37,236 nt of DNA from Patescibacteria group bacterium UBA5124 (GTDB taxonomy: Bacteria > Patescibacteriota > Gracilibacteria > Absconditabacterales > Absconditicoccaceae), in contig DHYS01000013.1 in assembly GCA_002414185.1 (NCBI GenBank), positions 4,438 through 41,673 of the forward strand, read 5' to 3'. The notes beneath the pieces were generated by a model that was given only the letters and a program-made list of their open reading frames with translations, was not told where the DNA came from and did not search any database. The position numbers and the translations under genes are program-made. Positions 1 through 10,104 of the stretch are shown here, piece by piece (within the stretch, counting starts at the first letter, position 1; each line of letters begins with the position of its first letter).

Positions 1-1
1 C

Positions 2-475
2 AAAAAAAATATCTGGTTACGACAACTCAAACAACTTCTACTTTCCAATGAAGAAATAGTAGCTATGGTGTATTTTAATGTAGACTATACGCAATGACTC
101 ACAGAAAAACTTATATGAGAAGCTGATCGAGCAGTAATCAATCCAGCTACAAATAAAGTATATAATACTATTTTTTCTCTACTCAAAGATAACGAACCAC
201 TTCATCAACGAAGTAAACTCTTAAATTTATTTGGAATAGGACAGATAACTATCAATGATATCACTACATTTGTCCCTAGTAAATATATTAAAGCAACCAA
301 AGATATTTGGCAATCAATCAATAAGATAAGCAGCTGAGATAAGCAAAAAGCACAATCATTAAGTTTATTTACAGAAACAACGCTCAAAAAAATGTATCCA
401 AAGTATTCAGATAGTGAGAAAAGCGAACTCTGGAACTGGATAAATAATTTTTTCTTGATAAAAAAAAGTAAATAA
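2..475 (+). CDS. hypothetical protein, C-terminal part (5' end lies outside the window)
   Basis: Frame 2 is open from the window edge to TAA at 473-475 (about 157 codons). It has 3 in-frame TGA read as Gly and no TAA/TAG despite AT-rich DNA. No recognisable motif. It supersedes the low-complexity antisense track ORF 205..534. Confidence 0.55.
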
Positions 476-510
476 ATATACAAAGTACCAAACAAATAAA
501 AATTAATAAA

Positions 511-705
511 ATGGAAAAGAACATGGAAAATCAAGAAATTAGTGAAAGATCAACTATCAGAGAAGATTTAGATCTTCTAAGTAATAAAAGTGGTTCCAAA
601 AATAACCGTCCAGTAAAACTAAAACAGATAGAAGAAGAACCAACATTCTCTAAAAAATCTATAGAAAGAGGTTTTGGATTCTTTGATGACGATGATTTTT
701 TATAA
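511..705 (+). CDS. small hydrophilic hypothetical protein (64 aa) with acidic/aromatic C-terminus ...ERGFGFFDDDDFL
   Basis: ATG..TAA ORF from the track. It is followed directly by a strong hairpin plus T-run at 726-754. No homology recognised. Confidence 0.45.
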   Translation: MEKNMENQEISERSTIREDLDLLSNKSGSKNNRPVKLKQIEEEPTFSKKSIERGFGFFDDDDFL

Positions 706-725
706 CCAATGTAATAAGTAAAAAA

Positions 726-754
726 GGAGACTGTATTAGTCTCCCTTTTTTTTA
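726..754. terminator. bidirectional intrinsic terminator between convergent genes
   Basis: GGAGACT-gtatt-AGTCTCC (726-744) is flanked by an A-run upstream and a T-run downstream. It can therefore terminate both the 511..705 gene (+) and murA (-). Confidence 0.7.
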
Positions 755-1984
755 TCCTTCAACTTTTTCTATATTAACTCAAATATTCTTTAACTTATTT
801 TCTATATCATCATATCCTCTAGCTATAATATCTTCATTCATCACATACGTAGTACCACGAGCCATTACTCATGCAAGCATCATAGCGCCACCACATCTCA
901 AGTCTCTACTAGATACATATCATCATCTTAATACAGTAGAACCTATTACTATAGCCTGATAGGGATTAAGTATTTCTACATGAGCTCACAAATTTTCTAA
1001 TTCATTGAGATAAGCAAACCTTCCTTCATATAAGGTTTCAAATATCTTTGAAATACCCTTACATTGAGTTACAAGAGTACCAAAAATAGATTGTAAATCT
1101 GTAGGAAACCCAGGATATATTCTTGTTTCTATTTTTACTGCTTGATAGTTTTTCTTATTATAAGAGTTTACTTGAATAGTATACTTATCCAAAATCTTGA
1201 AATTGATTCCCATTCTATCAGCTACACTATAGAGTGCAGACAATTCATCCACATGACATCATTTGATAGTGATTTCAGAATTATCAGCTCAAGCACCGAT
1301 AGCAAAGTATGTTCCAGCTTCAATATAATCAGCAATAATAGTAAATTCAGATTGTTTAATGTTTATTTTTGATGGTTTAACTACAAGCGTATGATCTACA
1401 TTGAGAGTAATATCAGCACCTACATTATTCAAAAAATCAATCAGATTTCTTACATGAGGTTCGATTGCTACTTGGTAGATATTGATTTCATAGTCAAAAT
1501 TGTTAGCAAACGCTAAGTAGGTAATTAAGGCTTCGACAGCCGTCACAGAAAATCCTTGCAACATAATATTTTTCTTCGGTTTTCCTGTTACTTCAAAGGT
1601 TTTAAATTCATCATTAGTGATAGTAATACCAGCTTTTACTAAAGCATCATCAAACATATCAAGCGGTCTTTTTCCAATAGCACATCCACCACTTCCAATA
1701 AACTTTACCTTTCCATATTTGATCAATCCCAAAGGAATAAGCAAAATTGAAGATCTAATTTTCGTAGCCTTTTCTGAAGTAAGATCAAAAAAATCCTTAG
1801 AAGTAGCTAACGCTTCACGAGCAAGTTCTTCTATTACAGTTACATCTTTAATATTTGGTTTATTGATAAGTTTTACTTGATTATCTAATATATAGTTGGC
1901 TGCAACAATAGGTAAAGCAGCATTTTTACTTCATGAAATAATTACTTCACCTTTAAGATTCGGAGAATAAGAGATCTTATACAT
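752..1984 (-). CDS. murA: UDP-N-acetylglucosamine 1-carboxyvinyltransferase (MurA), 410 aa
   Basis: Track ORFs 986..1252 and 1289..1744 plus flanks form one frame (ATG 1984-1982, TAA 754-752) across about 9 TGA codons. N-terminus: MYKISYSPNLKGEVIIS-G-SKNAALPIVAA. C-terminus: DLRCGGAMMLAGVMARG...ARGYDDIENKLKNIGVNI. Both are typical MurA signatures. Confidence 0.93.
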
Positions 1985-2161
1985 CAATATACGTACAAAT
2001 TAAAAGTGTGCGTTCAGTCAGTATATATATCAATGATTTTTTTTCAATATAAAAGCATCTTTAAAAAAAACAAAAGTAAAGTCGTATTTTTTATAATTAG
2101 GTTGTATACAAATGATAAAAAAATAGAAAATACAAAGATTTTAGACTATAATTGTATATAG

Positions 2162-3781
2162 ATGAGAATATCAATAGGATTCTCTGGAGCTGCTGGTTCT
2201 GGAGTGAATACTTCGTGACTTTTGCTTGGACAACTCTTAGCAGCCAAAGGATATACTATTCTTGCTGACAAAGAATATGCTTCTATCATCAAAGGAGATA
2301 ATAACAATTTTTTCTTGTACGTTTCAGATCAACCAAACGAACACGTCATTACTAAGACTATAGATTTCTTTTTTGCGTTTGATGACTATTCTATCACAAA
2401 AAATCAAAAGATTTATACATTAAATCAGACGTTTAATGTTAAAGATCAGATTTGTAAACATAAGAATGTATTTTGTTTCTGAGCAGCACTCAAGATTATG
2501 AATATTTCTGTAGAGGAGGGGGAATCTTTCGTCCAACAACAATTTCCAGGACATACATTGGAAGAAAATCTCACCGATCTCAGAAGCGGATACGCATATA
2601 TGCAGTGACTCTGAAATCACGACTGAGATCGAAGTAAAACAATAGGTGCTCCAAAAACACTTATGTTTGGTAATGAATGTATTGCCAAAGGAGCTATCGC
2701 TAGTGGAATGGATTTTTATGCAGCGTATCCTATGACGCCAGCAAGTTCACTTATTGATGTAATTACAGCAGACGATCGTGTTACTTTCTTTCAATGAGAA
2801 GACGAAATAGCTGTAAGTATGGCAATGTTGTGAGCCAAGGTAGGAGGAAAAAGAGCTATGTGCGGAACAAGTGGAGGAGGATTTGCCCTTATGACAGAAT
2901 CTATATCTTTTTCTAATCAAGCAGAAATAGGATGAGTATATGTGTTAGCTCAACGTGATGGACCAAGTACAGGTACTCCAACATATACAGGACAAGCAGA
3001 TCTTAATTATGCTCTTAATGCTTCATTTGGAGATACTTTCCCTATTGTAATATGTCCTTCAACTTTTGAAGAATGATATACTATGATAGGGAAAGCACTC
3101 AATCGATCTGATATATATCAGCATCCAGTTATTGTACTTACAGATAAACAATATTCAGAAGGATATATAGCTATAGATTCAAGTACACTCAAAGCCGAAC
3201 CTATAAATAGAGGTAAACTTATTACCCCTACAGAAGGATACAAAAGATATGAATATACAGATGATGGAATCTCTCCTTGGGTAACACCAGGTACAGAACA
3301 CGGAGAAAATATGATAACTTCTTATGAACACGATGAATACTGAGCTACTAATGAAGATCCAGAAACTAAGCAAAAGATGCAGGATAAAAGATTTAAAAAG
3401 ATGGAAACCTTTATCCAAAAAGAATTTAATGATACTTTCTACGGATATGAAATAATCAATCCTACTGCTGAAACATTTTTTATTACCTGGTGATTTAATA
3501 GATATACATTAGAAGATTATATCAAAACTAATGCTGACCAAAATCTTGGATTGATAGTCATCAAATCTTTCCAACCATTTGACGCTAGACTCAAGACATT
3601 CTTAGATCAAAATCATACTCAAATCAAAAAACTTATTTTTGTAGAGATGAATACTTCATGACAAATGCAGCATGTAGTAGAAGAAAAGTGTGGATTAACA
3701 GATAGTAAATGGAACGGTAAGATTTCTCATCAAAGAAAATATACACTCTATCCAATCTTCTTGGAAGAAATACATAATTAA
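2162..3781 (+). CDS. 2-oxoacid:ferredoxin oxidoreductase, fused gamma-alpha subunit (539 aa)
   Basis: Single frame from ATG 2162 to TAA 3779-3781, with TGA read as Gly. An N-terminal gamma-like domain of about 160 aa is followed by alpha-subunit motifs GNECIAKGAIASGMDFYAAYPMTPASS and VEMNTSGQ. The frame was checked codon by codon in the junction regions. Confidence 0.88.
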
Positions 3782-3787
3782 AAAATA

Positions 3788-3865
3788 TGTCATTGCGAGC
3801 ATAAGCGTGGCAATCCATCTAAAATCAGATAATTCTCATGGATTGCTTCATACCTCGCAATGACA
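3788..3865. repeat. 78-nt two-tier palindromic element made of two inverted GTCATTGCGAG...GCAATCC units
   Basis: The outer 12-bp perfect stem is TGTCATTGCGAG (3788-3799) / CTCGCAATGACA (3854-3865). The inner 9-bp perfect stem is GCAATCCAT (3810-3818) / ATGGATTGC (3838-3846). It sits in the 112-nt spacer between the two OFOR subunit genes. Confidence 0.8.
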
Positions 3866-3893
3866 AATATACTTTATATTATATAGTATACTC

Positions 3894-4496
3894 ATGAGAT
3901 CATGATTAAATAAATTTCAGCGATGTCCAGGATGTGGAAACTTTCTTATTCATCTTGCTATCAAAAATGCTCTGAAAGAACTCAATATACCAAAGCATAA
4001 ATTTTTTATGGCTTCAGGAATTTGATGTAGTGGAAAAATGTCTCAGTATCAAGATGGATATGCTTCAGAGACCCTTCATGGAAGATCAGTACCATTTGCT
4101 ACGGGGGTTAAATTAGCAAATCCTGATATGACAGTGATTGCTTACGGAGGAGATGGTGATGGATACGGAATAGGACTAGGACATCTTTTGCATGCAGCAA
4201 GAAGAAACACAAATATTCTTTATATAGTGGCTGATAATGAAAATTATGCTTTGACTACAGGACAAGCATCACCTACTACACCAGTAGATATCAAGACAAG
4301 ATCTACTCCAGAAGGAAATCATACAAGACCTTTCGATCCTCTCAAATTAGTAGAAGCAGCAGGATGTAGTTATAATATTACTATAGCTGATAAAGATATT
4401 AAAGGGCTTACAGAAGCCATCAAGAATGGAATACTTCATCCAGGATTTGCTCATATCAATGTACAACAAGTTTGTCCAACATGGAGAAAATGGTAA
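3894..4496 (+). CDS. 2-oxoacid:ferredoxin oxidoreductase beta (TPP-binding) subunit, short form (200 aa)
   Basis: MRSGLNKFQRCPGCGNF..., SGIGCSGK and YGGDGDGYGIG (TPP GDG motif), ending ...NVQQVCPTWRKW. The Cys pattern CxxC...C...C fits the single [4Fe-4S] site of two-subunit OFORs. It joins track ORF 4038..4496 in frame. Confidence 0.88.
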
Positions 4497-4509
4497 TATA
4501 GTAGAAATT

Positions 4510-6648
4510 TTATTGTATAGAATATACAGCACAATTTCCTATTTGTTTAACAAGGAAAAGATGATTTCAAATATTTTTATCAAAGAAATCTACCATTTCT
4601 TGAGTATATTGAGTATCTCACATAACTGATTCACAATGAGTTCAATTTTCTATACAAAGAATTCTTCTCGTTCTCAAAGGAAGGTTTTCATCATAATAAA
4701 CTTTTTTTGTTTCTGGATAATATAAGTTATAAAACCATTTAATATCCGCATTTGCAGCAGGACACATAGCAAAAAATTTGATATTATATTTTTTCGTAAT
4801 ATCCAAAAATGTTAATCAACTTGCTATATCTTTACTAAATTGTTTAGCAGTATTATCCATAAGAAAGTAAGTTGTTCTCTCTGAATAGAGCGATATTACT
4901 TCTTTAAAAAGATTGTTATACAATATAGCTTCATCTTTTTTTGTTGAATATTTTAAGAAATTTCAAATATCCTTAATATCTTTATCATACGTAGATATAG
5001 TTTCACTAAGTACATTAGTATTCCATAATCAAAATGAAATCAATGAAATAATAGCCAAACTATATCATATAATCTGATATCTATATAATTCAAACAAAAG
5101 AAATATCATGCTAGAGATTATTATCAAAGATATTACAGGAATATTGTGATAATAAATATGAAAATAACTTACTTTGGAAATAAGTACAACATATACAACA
5201 GCAGTAATAAATATCGTATTGATAAGAAGTTTATAATTTTTAGGGATCTTTACGAGATTAGCTAATACAACAAACACGAAACCAATATAGAAGAAAAGTG
5301 GAGCAACAGATCTTTCTTGGAAAAAGAAAAGTTTTTGATACATACTTCGATTAAATATTAGATATGAATCCGTCATAAAATCTTTTCCCATTTTAGCAAA
5401 CTGAGAAACATTGAATACAAGAAAAATAGCAATAATAATTAAAATAGCTCATACAGTATAGAGATTAGTTACTTCTATTTTTTCTACAAAATGTTTTATT
5501 GTTTTATAAATTTGCTCACTTTTTTTATAAAGGAATATTTGTACTCCTATCATAAGAAGAGTAATCGGCAAAAAGACATACCAATTTGTAGGGAAATATC
5601 TTACACTAATCCAAAAGAATATTGTCTGTAAAACAAAATTTGGTACTACAATAAGAAGATTTGATAGGGTAGTAGATGAAGAATTTTTCTTATACAAATA
5701 GAGAAGAGAAAGAAATAATGGTAAATAAAAAATAATAGCATGATACTTAATATTGATTCCTATACCAGCAAGCACTCCAGCTAAATAAAGTTTTTTTACA
5801 TCACCAGAATCCAATCAATTGAGAAGTATATGGAGAGCAATAAAAAAGAATATTAAATTAATAGGATCTAATACCGTCAAATGAGTAAAAAATTGAAATA
5901 CAGAATTAAGTGCTAACAAGGTAATAAGAAACAGTATTTGTTTTCTTGTAAAGAAACGCTGAAGAAAAACATAACACGTAAGCAATAAAATAATACCTAT
6001 AATTGTCATTACAACCCTTGCATTATGTTCATAAGATTCTAATGGAAAGAGTTCTTGTGTACCTGCTAAAATCCATTCCAAGATAGGATAGCTAGAAAAT
6101 GTTTTATAAGTTCCATCATATTTAAAAGGATTACCTGCTGTAGTTCTTAAGTAATTTTTTTGATACCAAAACGGTCCATGTTCTTGCATTCGTTTAGCAG
6201 GTTCTACATAAGCAGCATATTTAGCTGCATGAAATGGTCCAGAAAAAGGAATATTGATATAAGGAGATTTAACCCAAACAAAGATAGCACTTATTACAAC
6301 AAACAATAATGCATAAATTCATTGTTTATAAATAGGAAGAATAATATTTCTTCCAAATCGATTTGTGGAAATATCAGGATATTCTTTCTTAAAATTTGTT
6401 TCACGATTATGAAGATCTTCATGATCTTTTTTGAGTCCATTTTCTATATTTTCAATAATTTTTTTTCTTTCTAATAAAAAGAGTAATGCAGATACTATAG
6501 CTAATCCCCAATACAAGAAAGATAAGGATATAGTAGAAACAAAAGAAATTTTCCATCACAAAAACATATTTCCATAAATAAGAAATATGATACACAGAAT
6601 TAAAGCAAATACTCCCTTTATAAAAAATGAAATATGTTTTAAAGACAT
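4510..6648 (-). CDS. polytopic membrane protein (712 aa), possible GT-C-type glycosyltransferase or polymerase, with a soluble C-terminal domain
   Basis: Track ORFs 5065..5391, 5449..5814, 5815..6306 and 6319..6516 are all in one frame and are separated only by TGA. The frame continues to TAA at 4512-4510, and I checked it codon by codon. Many hydrophobic segments. It is the last gene of a glycosyltransferase cluster. The family assignment is tentative. Confidence 0.75.
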
Positions 6649-6675
6649 TCTATAGAAAAATAGAAAGAATAAAAA

Positions 6676-7758
6676 TTATTTTTTATGAATAATATTCAAT
6701 AAATGATTAGCGTTGATTTCTATATTATGAAAAGAATTTACATAAGAGAATCCATTGTTTTGCATAGTTGTGTAAAGTGTTTTATCAGTAAGTATTTTTT
6801 GTAATCAAGCAACCAATTGAGGATAATTATTATTGGCTACAATTCAACAAATATTTTGTTTAATCATATCATCAGGATCTACTTGAAGAGATAATATTGG
6901 AGTATTATTTTTTAATGCTTGGATATAGGTATTAGGAAATCATTCAGCAAGAGACGTGTTTACAAATAACTTTGCAGAAGCGAAGTATTTATCTATATGA
7001 TCAAAAGGAACAAAATCAATAAAAGTCAGATTTTTAATTTTTGATGCTTGTTGTTTGATGTAAGTAAAGTATTTTTTTTCTCAGGTAGCTTGAGGAAAAA
7101 TCATAATAAATTTTTCATGGGGAAAATCCTTAGCTAATTGTAAAAATATTTCAGGACGTTTCCAATCTTTAGATCTTCCAACCCAAAGTATTCATTCTTT
7201 TTTTTGAGATGATATAGGAGCTGTTATATGATATCATGACTTGAGAAGAAGAGAAGAAATTCATTGTTTTTTCAATTGTTCTGATTGATAAGTATTTTGC
7301 ACTATAAGAATACTATTTTTAAACAAATATGTGATTAAAAATTTACTTACTCGGTTGGTATAAATATCTTTTTTACCATTTACTTCATCATCATGTGCTA
7401 CCATATAAATAAATTTTTTATTCATAATCTTACAATACAAAGCCATAAACGCTGAAGATACGGTAAGAGATCTTTTGGTATACACATCAGCATCTATTTG
7501 TATAAATACCTTAAAAAAGAGATAGATTTTTTTCCAGAAATAATCTGAAAAAGATAAAGACTTATAGAGTTTTACTCAGTCTCTTTTTTCTATTTTTTGC
7601 TGACCATAATCAGCAACTATCATAGAAACATCCAAATCTTTATGTTTAGCAAATTCTTTAGCAAACATACTCATTTGTACTTCTGCTCATCCAAAAACAG
7701 CTTGTAGAGAAGTATTAAATACTTGGTATGATTTGAGAGAAATAAAACAAATTTTCAT
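6676..7758 (-). CDS. glycosyltransferase family 4 (360 aa)
   Basis: The frame was verified codon by codon. Motifs: N-terminal MKICFISL...AVFGGAEVQ and C-terminal NTSLAEGFPNTYIQAL (the E-x7-E region). Several TGA codons fall on Gly positions (FG-G-AE, AE-G-FP). Confidence 0.88.
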
Positions 7759-7768
7759 GATAAAGTAA

Positions 7769-8917
7769 TTAAATAAATGGTGATGTAATAATCTTTGTAT
7801 AGCAAGTATGATAGAGTTTTGCCATATTTTTCCATGAAAAAGATTCTACTTTTTCAAATGATTTAAGTCATAGTTTAGTGAGTTTTCATTGTTTCCATTC
7901 TTGATATGCTAATCAGATTTTTGAAGAGATATCTGAGATATTATCATCTTTTAGGATCCATCCATTATCACAAAATAGTTCCTTAGTTCATCAAGTATCT
8001 GTGATAATTACAGGCAATTTTGCTGTCATAGATTCTAGGAGTGTATTAGACATTCATTCGTTTTTGCTAGGTAAGATATACACATCACTTTGTGCATAAA
8101 AATCTATTACTTCATGATGAAGTTTATCTCACCAAAATGTTATTGCCGGATTTCAATTAGCCAATTGGGTAAGTGTATGATGAAGATTTCCAGATCAAAC
8201 AATCCACAATCTTGTATCTGATGTGTGCTTAGAAAATGTATTGTATGCTTGTATAAGTTCTTTTACTCATTTTCTTTCGATAAGTCTACCGACATAAAGA
8301 AGAGTAAAATAATTTTTATCTTTTTTCTTAGTTGAAGAAATTATTTCAACTCCATTATAAATTACTCCAATCTTTTGATCAGGAATACTTTTGAGTGCGA
8401 GTTGTCTTAATCAATCAGAATTAGTAAAAACTGAAGAAGCATTTGCTCGTATCTTACGACTAAGTTTTTTGAAAAAGAAACGGTCCAAAAAATAAAATCT
8501 TTTACTATAAAAAGGAACATCACTACCTCTCAAACTAACTATATAAGGAATATGAAACAATTGTGAAAGTTTCATAGCTATATATCAACAAGGAATACCA
8601 AAAAAAGCATGAATAAGATCAAATTGTTGTTTTTTCAAAAGTTTTTTAGCAAAAAAATAACTTTTCCAACTATAGATAAGAAGGTCTTTGATTGATTGAT
8701 AATGCTTATTTTTGTTGTTTTTGAAAATATCTAGATAATAAATAGTGATATTTGAAGCAAATTGTTCTTTTTTGAATTCTCCCAAAGATGATGTGATAAG
8801 TACTATTTCCAAAGAAGAATTTAAAGCAAACTCTGATAGTAAATTGTAGGTAGCATTAGCAGCGCCAGCTCATAAAGGAGGAAATTCATAATTTAACATC
8901 AGAATTTTTTGTTTCAT
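7769..8917 (-). CDS. glycosyltransferase family 4 (382 aa)
   Basis: The frame was verified codon by codon. Motifs: MKQKILMLNYEFPPL-G-AGAANATY, YVGRLIERKG, IV-G-SGN, LPSKNE-G-MSNTLLESM and T-GG-TKE. There are about 15 in-frame TGA codons, mostly at canonical Gly positions. Confidence 0.9.
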
Positions 8918-8959
8918 AAATTTTTTGGGGAAATAAATAGAAATAAAGATATAGAGAAT

Positions 8960-8993
8960 GTCATTCCGGCCTAAAGAATTTGGATTCGGAATC
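8960..8993 (+). repeat. degenerate copy of the GTCATTCCGGC...CGGAATC hairpin repeat
   Basis: GTCATTCCGGCC-taaagaatttgga-TTCGGAATC, followed by TCATTTAAA. It shares the 5' arm and the 3' flank with the copies at 21569 and 23814. The 3' arm is mutated, so only about 5-6 bp of stem remain. It lies between the GT2 stop (9003) and the GT4 start (8917). Confidence 0.6.
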
Positions 8994-9002
8994 TCATTTA
9001 AA

Positions 9003-9947
9003 CTAAATTTCTTCCTTCACAATATATCTTGGTACACCAGAGGTATTATAATATGTTCTTAACATAATATCTAGCATTATTCCCATTATAAATACAAATA
9101 TTCCCATAGTTGAAAAGAAAACTCATAAGAAAAAATATCCACTTCTATTGATATTTACTCACTCAAAAATCTTTTCGTATATTGCTACAAGCAACAAAAA
9201 TCATCCAATAAAGAAGCTCAATATTCCAGCTGAGCCAAATAAGTGTAACGGTCTAGATTGAAATTTTCAAAGAAACCAAATATAGATCAAATCTATTAAT
9301 CCTCTAATAGATTTTTTCCAATCGTATTTAGATATACCAGCATTTCTCGCTCTATGATGTACCTCCAATTCTCAAATTTTGTATCCATTAATCTTTGCAA
9401 TAATAATAATATATCTATGCATTTCTCACCAGAGATAGAGATTTTTAACTACTTCAGGAATATAGACTCTTAATGTACATCAACTATCTTTGACCTTATC
9501 ATTGATAAGAAAATGTCTAAGAAATTTAGCAACTTTTGTAATTATACGGATTACACATGGATCTTTTCTCTTTTTTCTCCATCAAGTAACCAAATCTAGT
9601 TTTTCATTAATAAGCTTATCATAAAGTTTTTTGATATCTTTGGGATCATTTTGCATATCAGCATCCAAAGTGACAATAATATCTCCACTAGATTTTTTGA
9701 ATCATGCATCCAAAGCTATAGACTGACCATAATTTCTATTTAATCTGATTCATATCACGTTTTGATCTTTAGATTTACATAAAAATATTTCATTCCAAGT
9801 TCAATCTTTACTTCCATCATCTACCATAATAATTTCATATGCTCGACCTTTGAAATCACTAGCTATTACAGAAATTATTTCTTTATACAAAGGAGCTATA
9901 TTTTCATATTCATTATAACAAGGAAGTATGACAGAAATTTTCTGCAT
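9003..9947 (-). CDS. GT2 polyprenyl-phosphate glycosyltransferase (GtrB/DPM1-like), 314 aa
   Basis: The frame was verified codon by codon. Motifs: MQKISVILPCYNE, MVDDGSKD, LDADMQNDP, T-G-WRKKR, DS-G-CTLR and W-G-EMHRY, followed by two C-terminal hydrophobic helices. Start ATG at 9947-9945, stop TAG at 9005-9003. Confidence 0.9.
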
Positions 9948-10049
9948 GTATCTAATAATAAAAAATAAACAAAAACATACTATCTTGTATAGTATTTTGA
10001 ATAGGATATGCAAACAAAACATCAAACAAAAGTCAGAAACAATATATTA

Positions 10050-10077
10050 TTGACATTATATGGTAAATATATAAAAT
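10050..10077 (+). promoter_or_regulatory. candidate sigma70-type promoter for the 10105 gene
   Basis: TTGACA (10050-10055), 16-nt spacer, TAAAAT (10072-10077). Chance matches are common in AT-rich DNA. Confidence 0.35.
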
Positions 10078-10104
10078 AAATAAAACAAATACATAAAAAA
10101 ATAT

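Noticed and set aside
205-534. Track ORF on the minus strand (109 aa).
   Set aside because: The sequence is low-complexity Leu/Phe/Ile-rich, as is typical for the antisense of AT-rich coding DNA. The plus-strand frame 2..475 is open under code 25 and looks more protein-like.
752-9947. The fragmented murA, OFOR and glycosyltransferase ORFs might be pseudogenes or result from sequencing frameshifts.
   Set aside because: All interruptions are in-frame TGA codons, never TAA, TAG or frameshifts, and they fall on conserved Gly positions. The same pattern appears in essentially every gene of the window. This indicates a reassigned codon rather than gene decay.
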